Shown piece after piece: positions 55,501 to 64,000 of a stretch of DNA of 64,000 bases. Source of the DNA: an uncultured Trueperaceae bacterium. Lineage in GTDB: Bacteria > Deinococcota > Deinococci > Deinococcales > Trueperaceae. The notes beneath the pieces are model-generated. The model ran no database searches and was not told where the DNA came from. It worked only from the letters and a program-made list of their open reading frames with translations. The stretch covers positions 160,001 through 224,000 of the forward strand of contig CAWCXJ010000007.1 in assembly GCA_963799485.1 (NCBI GenBank), written 5' to 3'. The position numbers and the translations under genes were made by a program. Each line of letters opens with the position of its first letter. Positions within the stretch are counted from its first letter, which is position 1.

Positions 55501-55697
55501 GCCTGTGGATTTGTGCCTTTAGGGTCGCAGCGGAGGGAGGTGACTACCACTTGAACCGGCCTAAAAAGATCACGACTCCCGGTGTGCAGCGTCTTCTTGA
55601 AAGCGTAGCTATGAGGAAACTCGGAAACTCTCGTTACGCCCCGTTTTACTACCGCCCACCGACGCTATCTACCGTACGTTCAAGGGGTATACCTACT

Positions 55698-58628
55698 ATG
55701 AAAAAAATCCTACTCGCTCTTCTAGCTTCGACCGCCGTAGGCGGCGTTGCAGCCGCGCAGAGTTTCCCGGATGTTCCGGCCGACTCTTACGCGGCGGAAG
55801 CTGTTTCGCGACTTGCCGACCTTGGCATCGTGATCGGTTTTCCCGACGGCACCTTCCGTGGCAACGAAGCGTTTACCCGCTACCAGGCCGCGCTTGTCGT
55901 CACCCGTCTGCTCGACACCGTGCAAGGTGAGATGCTCACCGACGCCGACCTCGACACGCTCCGTAACGCGCTGCAAGAACTTGCCAGCGACGTTGCCGCC
56001 AATCAGCAGTCGGTCAGCGACCTTCAGGCCGCGATCGACGGCGCCGGCAACGCCGATTCCCAAGCGGTTGAAGAACTCCAGGCCCAGCTCGACGCCCTGA
56101 CCGTCGAACTCGATACGCTGAGCGCTGCGGGCGCTGCAGGTGCAGAGCTCGAGCAGCAGGTCCAGTCGAACACCGACCAGATCGGTCAGCTCAACGACCT
56201 CGTGGGCATCTTAAACGAGGACATTTCCGGGCTCAGCACCGGCGGCGAAGTCGATACTGCATTTTTGGACGACATCGCCCAGAACACCTCCGACGTTGCC
56301 AACCTGCGCGAATTCGTGGTGCTGCTCCGCCGTAACCAGGCCGGTCTGACCGAACGCGTCGCGACGATTGAAGAGAGCGACACCGCGCAAAACGCACGTC
56401 TCGACGATATCGACACCCGGGTTGCAGCTTTAGAGCAGGCTGCGGTTGCCTTTAGCGGCTCGATCGGCCTCAAGTACGACGTGGCCCGCCTTAGCGGTGC
56501 GGAAGTTCCCTTCGACGTCGACCGCATCTTCGGGATTGGTCAAGAACGCGCACAATCCGAATCGTACTTCTCCGGCGACTTCGCGAGTGCCACCGACGAC
56601 CTTAACGACGACGGCGACGAGACGGACGAAGGCGAAACCGCCCAAGACCGTCAGGACATCGAGTTTTCAGCAGGCAACTTCGGCCCGGAGCTGACCCTAA
56701 ACATCAACTTCTCGCAGGCGCGCGGTATCGCGCCCGAGTCGGGGCTTAACGCCTTCGACGCTTCTGTAGCCCTCGAGCTTCGTGAAGCCACGATCCTCAA
56801 AGAGGGTATCGATGTTGCTGTTCCGGGTGCGACAACCGACCCCGACAACTACTTCGGTGGGTACGCCTTCGAGTTCAACTCGTTTGAAGCAACGCTTGGG
56901 CCTATCGGCGCTGACCCGATCAACTTCTTCTACGGCGAAGACCCGGGTGCTTCGTTTACCGACTACGTGTTCGAGTCCCTCGGGCCGGGTTTCCGCCTCG
57001 ACATCGGTACGCCCGACTTCTTGGCCTTCTTGCAGCCCACCTTGCAAATCGCATACGGCGTTTACAACAGCGGTGGCGACACCGACGACGATACCCTCGA
57101 GCTGCCCGACAACGGCAAAGACACGCTCGCGCTGGGCGGTGCGCCGGTTCCGAACCCCCTTGCCGACGCCTACTACCGCGGCATCCGCGGGACGCTGACG
57201 CCCTTTTCGGGTGAAGGCTTCTCGGCTACGGGTGGCTTCTCGGTCGCGCAGCTCTCGGGCTTTGCTGCCGACAACGCCGACGCCGCCATTGGCCCCGACG
57301 GAACACCTGGTGACAACGTAGACGTCAGCGTTTACGGCCTCGACGGCGAAGTCAACCTGAGCATCTTCAACCTCACCTTCGAGTACGCTCAAAACGACAT
57401 CAGCGACGGCTTTTTGTTCCAGCAAGACGACAACTACCTCAACGGCCCCGGTGCTGGCGATACCGACTATGTTGACTTCACGGGTGCGCCCATAGACTCA
57501 GCCGACCGTATCCCCATCGCGGTTGACGGTTCAGACCTCGACAGCTCGATGGTCTACGGCGAACTCTCGGTTGACACCGAAGCCGCCGGCATTCCGCTCC
57601 TCCGCAGCCTCGAGGCCAACTACCGCGACATCCCCCAATTCTGGTACGGCCTCAAGTACGACGAGGACACCTACCCCTGGAAAACCGACCAAACCGGTTT
57701 CGGCGCTTCGGCGACGGTCGGTCTGTCCATCTTCAACCTGACTGGTTTTTACGATACCTACACGATCGCCGAAGCTGTAACTGAACCCGGCCTCGGTAGC
57801 GATCCGGCTGTTACGGGTAACGAAGTTGCTGCCTACGGTGTTGAACTCGGTGCTACGCTCTACCGCGCAGTTGAAGTCTACGGCTTTTATACCTACATTA
57901 CGCTCGACGGTAGCCCTGTCCAGCTGCTCGACAGCGCCGACCGCAACGACGCATACGTCGCCGGTGTAGGTGTCGGCGTGCGGCACGACGGTGAGGCCGA
58001 AGATGCGCTCGTTCCGGGTGTCGACTTCGATGTGGTCTACAGCATTAACAACAACAAGTTCTCGGCGGCAAACCTAAATGCCGAAGGTACCGTTGCAGGC
58101 TTTACCCTTACGCCTTATGTTGACTTTACCGTCGACGACATCAACCTGCCCGCATCGGACGACGTAACGGCGCTCGAGGCTGGTACCGGCATCACGACCC
58201 AACCGCTCAACGTCTTGCTCCAGCCGAGCTTTGCGGGAAATATCAACTACCGCAACGCCGACCATACGGATGTTGAGGCCGTTCCCGGCGGTTACACTGC
58301 CAACGTACTGCAGTACTCGGTTGGTGTGAACTTCAACCAGTTCTTGCTCGAAAACAGCACGCTCGGAGTCCGTTACGGCTACTACTCGGGTACGAACATC
58401 CAGCTCAACCCGAACGTCAACGGCACAGGCGACTTTGCCAGCGACATCTCGGACGGCGACGTGTTTACAGATGGCGTAACCCAGGTTACCAGCGGCTACG
58501 AAGTCGTGTGGAACTACTACGGGCTCGAGTTCGGTTACGGTGCCTACCTCAGCGATATCAACGGTGACGCTGCAGGTGGCGCAACCGGCGGGCAAGCCTT
58601 CTCAATCCTCTACACGGTCAACTTCTAG
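55698..58628 (+). CDS. slpA: SlpA-type S-layer/outer-membrane protein (SLH, coiled coil, beta-barrel)
   Basis: Signal MKKILLALLA, SLH (FPDVP..GFPDGTFRGN..TRYQAA), heptad-rich stalk, C-terminal YTVNF barrel signal. Confidence 0.88.
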   Translation: MKKILLALLASTAVGGVAAAQSFPDVPADSYAAEAVSRLADLGIVIGFPDGTFRGNEAFTRYQAALVVTRLLDTVQGEMLTDADLDTLRNALQELASDVAANQQSVSDLQAAIDGAGNADSQAVEELQAQLDALTVELDTLSAAGAAGAELEQQVQSNTDQIGQLNDLVGILNEDISGLSTGGEVDTAFLDDIAQNTSDVANLREFVVLLRRNQAGLTERVATIEESDTAQNARLDDIDTRVAALEQAAVAFSGSIGLKYDVARLSGAEVPFDVDRIFGIGQERAQSESYFSGDFASATDDLNDDGDETDEGETAQDRQDIEFSAGNFGPELTLNINFSQARGIAPESGLNAFDASVALELREATILKEGIDVAVPGATTDPDNYFGGYAFEFNSFEATLGPIGADPINFFYGEDPGASFTDYVFESLGPGFRLDIGTPDFLAFLQPTLQIAYGVYNSGGDTDDDTLELPDNGKDTLALGGAPVPNPLADAYYRGIRGTLTPFSGEGFSATGGFSVAQLSGFAADNADAAIGPDGTPGDNVDVSVYGLDGEVNLSIFNLTFEYAQNDISDGFLFQQDDNYLNGPGAGDTDYVDFTGAPIDSADRIPIAVDGSDLDSSMVYGELSVDTEAAGIPLLRSLEANYRDIPQFWYGLKYDEDTYPWKTDQTGFGASATVGLSIFNLTGFYDTYTIAEAVTEPGLGSDPAVTGNEVAAYGVELGATLYRAVEVYGFYTYITLDGSPVQLLDSADRNDAYVAGVGVGVRHDGEAEDALVPGVDFDVVYSINNNKFSAANLNAEGTVAGFTLTPYVDFTVDDINLPASDDVTALEAGTGITTQPLNVLLQPSFAGNINYRNADHTDVEAVPGGYTANVLQYSVGVNFNQFLLENSTLGVRYGYYSGTNIQLNPNVNGTGDFASDISDGDVFTDGVTQVTSGYEVVWNYYGLEFGYGAYLSDINGDAAGGATGGQAFSILYTVNF

Positions 58629-58654
58629 ACCGCTGGAGCGAACAGCTAAAGTAC

Positions 58655-58680
58655 AGAGAGTCCTTCGGGGCTCTCTTTTT
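58655..58680 (+). terminator. Intrinsic terminator after slpA
   Basis: AGAGAGTCC-TTCG-GGGCTCTCT then TTTT. Confidence 0.88.
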
Positions 58681-58739
58681 ATTTTTTGTTATGTTCTTGC
58701 ACGCCAAATCGGGTTTACGGCGCGCGGTAAGATTTAGCT

Positions 58740-59402
58740 ATGTTTACCACTGCACAACTCTTCGACGCGGCGCAGCTGTCCCCGGAACTGCAGGTTTTGT
58801 TAGAGACAGAATTTCCCTGGGAAATACTTGCCCGACTCGACGCGTTTGCTGCTGATATTCCCGCGCAAATTCTCGGCGATGTTCACCCTACGGCGGTACT
58901 CACGGGTAATGTGTACGTCGCCGCCGGAGCTAAGGTTATGCCGCACGTCTTTATCGAAGGCCCGGTGTGGCTCGGCGCAGGAGCGGAAGTGGGTCATGGG
59001 GCTTACTTACGCGGCAAGGTCGTACTTGCGCCTAAAGCCAAAGTCGGTCACGCGGTCGAGGTCAAACGGTCGGTCTTTTTACCTGGCGCAGTAGCGGCGC
59101 ATTTTAACTACGTTGGTGACTCGGTACTTGGTTCGGGCGTCAATCTAGGTGCCGGGGCCAAGCTCGCCAATTTTCGGACGCTTGCTGGAACGGTTAAGGT
59201 CGCAGGTGTTGACACGGGTTTGCGTAAGTTCGGCGCGGCGCTCGGCGACGGCGTTTCGCTCGGGTGTAACAGCGTCACCGGGCCGGGTACGGTCATCGGC
59301 CCGCGCACGGTGGCGTATCACGGCTCGCTGCTGCGCGGGCTCTACCCGGCAGATACGGTGCTTAAGGTGCGGCAGGGGCTCGAGACCGCAAAGCTACGGT
59401 AA
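58740..59402 (+). CDS. Left-handed beta-helix protein, GlmU C-terminal-like acyltransferase
   Basis: Hexapeptide repeats, EVKRS, HFNYVGDSVLG, NLGAG, RKFGA. Confidence 0.85.
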   Translation: MFTTAQLFDAAQLSPELQVLLETEFPWEILARLDAFAADIPAQILGDVHPTAVLTGNVYVAAGAKVMPHVFIEGPVWLGAGAEVGHGAYLRGKVVLAPKAKVGHAVEVKRSVFLPGAVAAHFNYVGDSVLGSGVNLGAGAKLANFRTLAGTVKVAGVDTGLRKFGAALGDGVSLGCNSVTGPGTVIGPRTVAYHGSLLRGLYPADTVLKVRQGLETAKLR

Positions 59403-59410
59403 ACAGCCCC

Positions 59411-59960
59411 TGGTCTTTCCCCTCTACGACGCTAACTTACGTTACCTGGGGGCTTATCTTCGTCAACGTCCTCACCTTTTTTATGTTCTCTCCCTTCCAA
59501 CACTTGAAACCGAACCTCTTGTTGTACAGCCTTATTCCGCTGCCTGACGCCTACCGCCTGTGGGCCAGTGTGTTCGTTCACGGCGGTTGGGCGCATATTT
59601 GGGAATATGTTTCTGCTCGCTTCGGCGACAACATCGAGGACTGCTTGGGGCGTGGGCGCTACCTGCTGTTTTATCTTGGCGGCGGGGTGTTTGCAACGCT
59701 TGCTCACGGGCTTTTTGTTCCCGGCTCACCTGCGCCCGATGATCGGCGCGTCGGGGCTATCAGCGTGGTTTTAGGCGCGTACATCGTGCTGTTTCCCCGC
59801 TAACGCATCCTGACGTTCGTCCCGACTTTTTTATCTTCCGGCTCCCGGCGTGGTTTTACCTGGGGTACTGGGCGCTTCTTCAGGCGCTCGCGGCAGTGAG
59901 GGCGCGGTCGTCGCCTCCGGTGGCGGGGTAGCGTGGTGGGCGCACGTGGGCGGTGCGTTT
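59411..59960 (+). pseudogene. Frameshifted rhomboid protease
   Basis: FPLYD, HGGWAH, GNMF, FGDNIED, IGASG, GAISVVLGAY..LFPR*, AWWAHVGG spread across different frames. Confidence 0.85.
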
Positions 59961-60010
59961 CCGGGTTCCGGTCAGAGCTACAGAGCGGTCCCTGTAAAAA
60001 TCGAGTGAAA

Positions 60011-60037
60011 AACGCGCGCCGGTAGGTGGCGCGCGTT
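60011..60037 (-). terminator. Intrinsic terminator after hpf
   Basis: AACGCGCGCC-GGTAGGT-GGCGCGCGTT preceded by an A-tract (U-tract on minus). Confidence 0.8.
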
Positions 60038-60061
60038 CAAACGACGGCGGGAATAGCGCCT

Positions 60062-60637
60062 TTAACTTTCGGGTTCGATAAGGCCGTAGTTGCCGTCGAA
60101 GCGCAGGTAGATCACGTTGATGTCGTCTGATTCCATGTTGCGAAAGACAAAAAACGAGTGTCCGAGCGCCTCCATCTGCATGGCGGCGTCTTCAGGCGAC
60201 ATCGGGCGCATGACGTGCCGCTTGACCCGGACGATTTCGCCTTCTTCGGGTTCCGCTTCCGTTTCGGCGGGTAGATCGCCTTCCAAAGGCAGCGGCGGCA
60301 ACTCACCCTCGAGCAGTGTGGGGTCTTGCGTCCGTTGGGTGATTTTACGTTCCTTAAAACGCCTGAGCTGACGCTCGAGCTTCTCTACCACCATATCGGT
60401 CGCCGCGTAGGTGTCGGGGCCATTTTCTTCGGCGCGCACAATGCCCTGAGGCAAATTGAGCTGCACCTCGACCTTCGCCGGGAGCGCCGGGTTACCGTCG
60501 GTCTTGTAACTCATGACGACTTTGGCGTCGACGATGTGGTCGGAGTAGCGGCTGAGTTTATCGAGCTTTTCCTCGGCGTGGGTACGCATCGCGTCGGTAA
60601 CTTCGATGTTGCGACCAATCAGCTTGTAGATATCCAT
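60062..60637 (-). CDS. hpf: Long ribosome hibernation promoting factor
   Basis: GRNIEVT, KLERQL, PMSPEDA..QME.LGH.FFVF, GNYGLIEP. Confidence 0.96.
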   Translation of the reverse strand: MDIYKLIGRNIEVTDAMRTHAEEKLDKLSRYSDHIVDAKVVMSYKTDGNPALPAKVEVQLNLPQGIVRAEENGPDTYAATDMVVEKLERQLRRFKERKITQRTQDPTLLEGELPPLPLEGDLPAETEAEPEEGEIVRVKRHVMRPMSPEDAAMQMEALGHSFFVFRNMESDDINVIYLRFDGNYGLIEPES

Positions 60638-60848
60638 CTAAACCTCCTGGGAGTGGCGGAAACCCTGACGTATCCGCATGTCGATTCGGTGCGTCTTGGT
60701 CTAGCTGCGCTCAGGCCGACCCAACCTAAACGCAACCGGCTTTGAGTGACGCCTAGTCTAGCACCCGAAGCTTTGCCTGACGGGGTAGCGTTCATCACAA
60801 ACGTGCAGCGGACCAAACTTGTTCCCATAAAGGACAAGTCGCGGTCGG

Positions 60849-61085
60849 CTACGCTTGTTTTGCAGGCAAGTTGGCGACTAAAACCATCCGGTCGCCCTGC
60901 TGCTCCAAAGACACGTCGTAGTCGGTATCGTCGGCAGGAAAGTATTTGCTGATGACCTGCAAAAGTTCGTTTTTCAGTTCGTCCATCTTGCCGGGGGCGA
61001 GGCCCGAGCGGTCGTAAGAGAGGATGATTTTAAGACGCTCTTTAACCTTGTCTTTGCTCTTTTGCCGTCCAAAAAGCCCAAACAT
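60849..61085 (-). CDS. minE: Cell division topological specificity factor
   Basis: KERLKIILSYDR, VISKY, ANLP. Confidence 0.95.
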   Translation of the reverse strand: MFGLFGRQKSKDKVKERLKIILSYDRSGLAPGKMDELKNELLQVISKYFPADDTDYDVSLEQQGDRMVLVANLPAKQA

Positions 61086-61891
61086 CAGTCCATCCCCAAA
61101 ATGCGGCGCAAATACGACATCAAGCCTTTTTTGCTCTCCAACGCGGCGTGCGGGATGTCTTGCCCCTGCACCCGTTTGGCGATGCTGCGAAACGCGTCTC
61201 CGGCTTTCGATTTGCCGGTCTCCAAGCTGATCGGACTCCCGATATTTGTCGAGATGATAATCTGTTCGTCTTCCGGGACGATGCCGATAAGTTTGATGCC
61301 TAAGATTTCCAGCACATCATCGACTTCCAGCATATCGCCGCGTTTGACCATCTCGGGGCGCAAACGGTTGATGATGCACTTGACCTCGGTGATGCCGCGC
61401 GCTTCTAACAGGCCGATGATGCGGTCGGCGTCGCGGACGCTGCTGACCTCCGGGTTGACGACGACGAGCGCCCCTTCTGCGGCGCTCGCAGCGGTTTGAA
61501 AACCCGACTCGATACCTGCGGGCGAGTCGATCAAAATGCGGTCGAAACCCTCTTCGTCGATAAGTTTCTGCACCGTCTCCTGCATCCGCTCCTCACTCAA
61601 GGCGCTCTTGTCGCGCGTCTGCGAAGCGGCCAAAAGGTGCAGGTTTTCTACGCGCTTGTCGCGGATGAGTGCCTGTTTGAGTTTGCAGCGTCCTTCGAAC
61701 ACGTCGATGAGGTCGTAGACGACGCGGCCCTCGAGCCCCATCACCACGTCCAAATTACGAAGTCCGACATCGGTGTCGATCACGACGACTTTTTCGCCGA
61801 GTTGTGCGAGCGCCGCCCCGACGTTGGCGGTCGTCGTAGTTTTGCCGACGCCCCCCTTGCCTGAAGTGACGACGAGTGCTTTAGCGTTCAA
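61085..61891 (-). CDS. minD: Septum site-determining ATPase
   Basis: [35 protein letters not shown] start after AAGGAGG. Confidence 0.97.
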   Translation of the reverse strand: MNAKALVVTSGKGGVGKTTTTANVGAALAQLGEKVVVIDTDVGLRNLDVVMGLEGRVVYDLIDVFEGRCKLKQALIRDKRVENLHLLAASQTRDKSALSEERMQETVQKLIDEEGFDRILIDSPAGIESGFQTAASAAEGALVVVNPEVSSVRDADRIIGLLEARGITEVKCIINRLRPEMVKRGDMLEVDDVLEILGIKLIGIVPEDEQIIISTNIGSPISLETGKSKAGDAFRSIAKRVQGQDIPHAALESKKGLMSYLRRILGMD

Positions 61892-61956
61892 TGTGCCTCC
61901 TTCGGCTCGGCCTCAGCAGCGGAGCCAACCCTACCTAAATCGGTAGATTGTAACAT

Positions 61957-64000
61957 CTAGGCTGCCGGGCTCAGATTGGCGTACTTGATTAAAAGTCGTT
62001 TCGGCCCGACTTCTTTGAAGACCACCGTAATTTCGGCGCGCGGCCCATCACCTGAAACGCCGACAACCGTCCCGGTGCCGAATTTAGGGTGCGTGACCTT
62101 TTCGCCGCCCCGGTAGCTCTCGCCGCCAGCTTTGCTGTCGCCATTCTTGGACGAGGACGATGGACTCGAGCTCCCTGTACTCGGCGGTGCCCAGACTGCG
62201 CGGCTGTACTTGTTCAGCTTCGCTTCGCTCAGGTCTTGCCCGAAGATGTCGATCTCTTGCAGCATGGTTTTCGGGACTTCTTCTAAAAAGCGGCTGGGGC
62301 GGGCGAACTCGGTACGCCCAAAGCTCATTCTGGATTCGCAGTTGACCAAAAAGAGCTGCTCCTGGGCGCGGGTAATGCCGACGTACAACAGGCGGCGCTC
62401 TTCTTCGATCTCTTGCAGCGAGCCGGTCGAGGAGCGGTGCGGGATGAGATTTTCTTCTAATCCGACTAAAAAGACGACGGGAAACTCGAGCCCCTTGGCG
62501 TTATGCAGCGTCATCAGGGTCACCGCTTCTTCAGGCACGTCGCCCTTGTTGACCGCTTTTACGGCGCGGTCGTCTACACTCGCCATGAGGGACGCTTCAT
62601 CTAAAAACTCGCCAATCGAGCCGCCCGTCTCCTCCTGCCATTCGGTCACGGCGCTGATAAGTTCGTCCAAGTTTTCAATCCGGCCCTGCGCCTCGAACGA
62701 TTTCTCGTCTTTCAGAGACTGCATATACCCTGACTGATCCATCACCGCTTTAAGAAACTGTGCGGCGGGCAGCGTGTCGGCGGCCTCTTTGAGGTCGTCC
62801 ATCAGTTCGGCAAACTCCGCAATGCGTTTTACGGCGGGTGTGCCCCGTAAAACCTCGTCGCTACGGCGCACCGCGTCGGAAAAACGGGCCGAGTGCTTCG
62901 CTGCCCACGCCGTGAGGTTGTCCTCGCTGGTTTTGCCGATACCGCGTTTGGGCCGGTTCAAAACGCGCCGCCACGCGATGTCGTCGGCTGGGTTGAGCGC
63001 CGCCCGCGCATACGAAAGCATGTCTTTAACCTCGCGCCGTTCGTAAAAACCGACGCCGCCGACGATTTTGGCGGGGATTCCGGCGCGGCGCAGCGACTCT
63101 TCCATCACCCGCGACTGCGAGTTGGTGCGGTACAAGACCGCGAAGCTGTTGGGCGTCAGTTTGGCTTGCAACTGCTCGATCTGCCGCGCGACGAAGTCGG
63201 CCTCGGCGCGGTGATCCGTGGCGCGGTAGAGTTTGACGCTTTCGCCTGCACCTTTTACCGGCTTGAGGTTTTTTTCCAGGCGACCTTCGTTGGCGGTGAT
63301 AATCGTGTTGGCAAGTTCTAGCACGCTGCTGACCGAGCGGTAGTTGAGCTCGAGCCGATAAATCTTCGCCTCCGGGTAATCATCCCGGAAGTCCAGAATG
63401 TTGCGCACATCGGCCCCGCGAAACGCGTAGATGCTCTGATCGGGGTCGCCGACGACCATCAGGTTGCCGTAAGAACTCGCTAACTGTTTGGTCAGCCGGT
63501 ACTGCGCGGTGTTGGTATCCTGATACTCGTCTACATGGATAAAGACGGCGCGTTGCTGAACTTTTTGCAAAACGTCCGGGAAGGCGTCGAACAGCTCGAC
63601 GGTGCGGCCCAAAATGTCGTTGAAGTCTACGGCGTTGGCCTGCCGCAAACGTGAACCGTAACGTTCAAACGCCTCGGCGATGAGGTCTAAGGGCATCCCG
63701 GCGACCATCCCGCCCAGCACCCGTTCACCCTCACGCATCAGCTCGGCGGGCGTCCAGAGGTTCGATTTGGCGCGGTCTATAAGCGACCGTAAAACCCTCG
63801 GGTTCGCGTCGCCCAGACCTGAAACGCGCTCCAGAATCTCTTTAAGCACCTCTAACTGATCGGTGTCGTCGTAGATAGCAAAGCCGTTCTCGAGGCCGAT
63901 CAGCGGCCCGTAGTTTCGCAACACCCGCAAACACGCCGAGTGAAAGGTGCTAACCCAGAGGTCTTTGGCTTTTTCACCCATGAGGTGACGCACACGCTCT
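61957..64000 (-). CDS. pcrA: PcrA/UvrD ATP-dependent DNA helicase (5' end outside window)
   Basis: STFHS, VDEYQDTN, VGDPDQSIYAFRGA, TLHNAKGLEF, EERRLLYVGITRA, C-terminal HPKFG domain. Confidence 0.93.
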   Translation of the reverse strand, partial: ERVRHLMGEKAKDLWVSTFHSACLRVLRNYGPLIGLENGFAIYDDTDQLEVLKEILERVSGLGDANPRVLRSLIDRAKSNLWTPAELMREGERVLGGMVAGMPLDLIAEAFERYGSRLRQANAVDFNDILGRTVELFDAFPDVLQKVQQRAVFIHVDEYQDTNTAQYRLTKQLASSYGNLMVVGDPDQSIYAFRGADVRNILDFRDDYPEAKIYRLELNYRSVSSVLELANTIITANEGRLEKNLKPVKGAGESVKLYRATDHRAEADFVARQIEQLQAKLTPNSFAVLYRTNSQSRVMEESLRRAGIPAKIVGGVGFYERREVKDMLSYARAALNPADDIAWRRVLNRPKRGIGKTSEDNLTAWAAKHSARFSDAVRRSDEVLRGTPAVKRIAEFAELMDDLKEAADTLPAAQFLKAVMDQSGYMQSLKDEKSFEAQGRIENLDELISAVTEWQEETGGSIGEFLDEASLMASVDDRAVKAVNKGDVPEEAVTLMTLHNAKGLEFPVVFLVGLEENLIPHRSSTGSLQEIEEERRLLYVGITRAQEQLFLVNCESRMSFGRTEFARPSRFLEEVPKTMLQEIDIFGQDLSEAKLNKYSRAVWAPPSTGSSSPSSSSKNGDSKAGGESYRGGEKVTHPKFGTGTVVGVSGDGPRAEITVVFKEVGPKRLLIKYANLSPAA

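Noticed and set aside
55505..55513. TGTGGATTT as a DnaA box
   Set aside because: Two mismatches and isolated.
55413..55550. Full 1071-aa extension of slpA
   Set aside because: It overlaps promoter elements and has no SD; the signal peptide begins at 55698.
60849..61891. minDE without minC as a novelty
   Set aside because: minC is often unlinked; its absence cannot be judged from this window.

Overview
A core-genome window spanning the chromosomal replication origin of a Deinococcota bacterium, most likely Truepera/Trueperaceae-like. The taxonomy is inferred from the two-OB-fold SSB, the SLH plus beta-barrel SlpA, the mnmG-rsmG-parA-parB block divergent from dnaA-oriC-dnaN-eno-pyk, the Zn-finger-less DnaJ and many leaderless genes. 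Gene order: nuoA-M (nuoM cut by the edge, two extra genes inserted), fur/perR, mdh, parAB with two perfect parS sites, mnmG/rsmG, dnaA-oriC-dnaN, eno, pyk, rpsF-ssb-rpsR-rplI, dnaK-grpE-dnaJ, a PPIase, pdxH, yyaL, addB/addA, rplS, tRNA-Ala(GGC), rplU-rpmA-obgE-nadD-yqeK-LCP-rsfS-yraN, trpF, a DinB-family gene, a BatA/vWA gene, a YceI-family gene, a SufT-like gene, rlmH, thyX, slpA, a rhomboid pseudogene, hpf, minDE and pcrA/uvrD (partial). I saw no mobile element, CRISPR array or defence island. The most unusual signals are non-genic: (1) a non-palindromic, strand-unbiased 9-mer GTTTTACGG found 20 times, often as inverted pairs and concentrated in yyaL/addAB/pcrA, resembling a DNA-uptake sequence; (2) a second DnaA-box cluster about 29 kb from oriC; (3) a likely AUA start for rsfS; (4) a 16-bp bidirectional leaderless promoter. 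Also notable: a MOSC gene and a small membrane gene coupled inside the nuo operon, whose NuoG lacks the N7 cysteines. Product calls come from motif recognition by eye and all counts are by hand; no searches were run.
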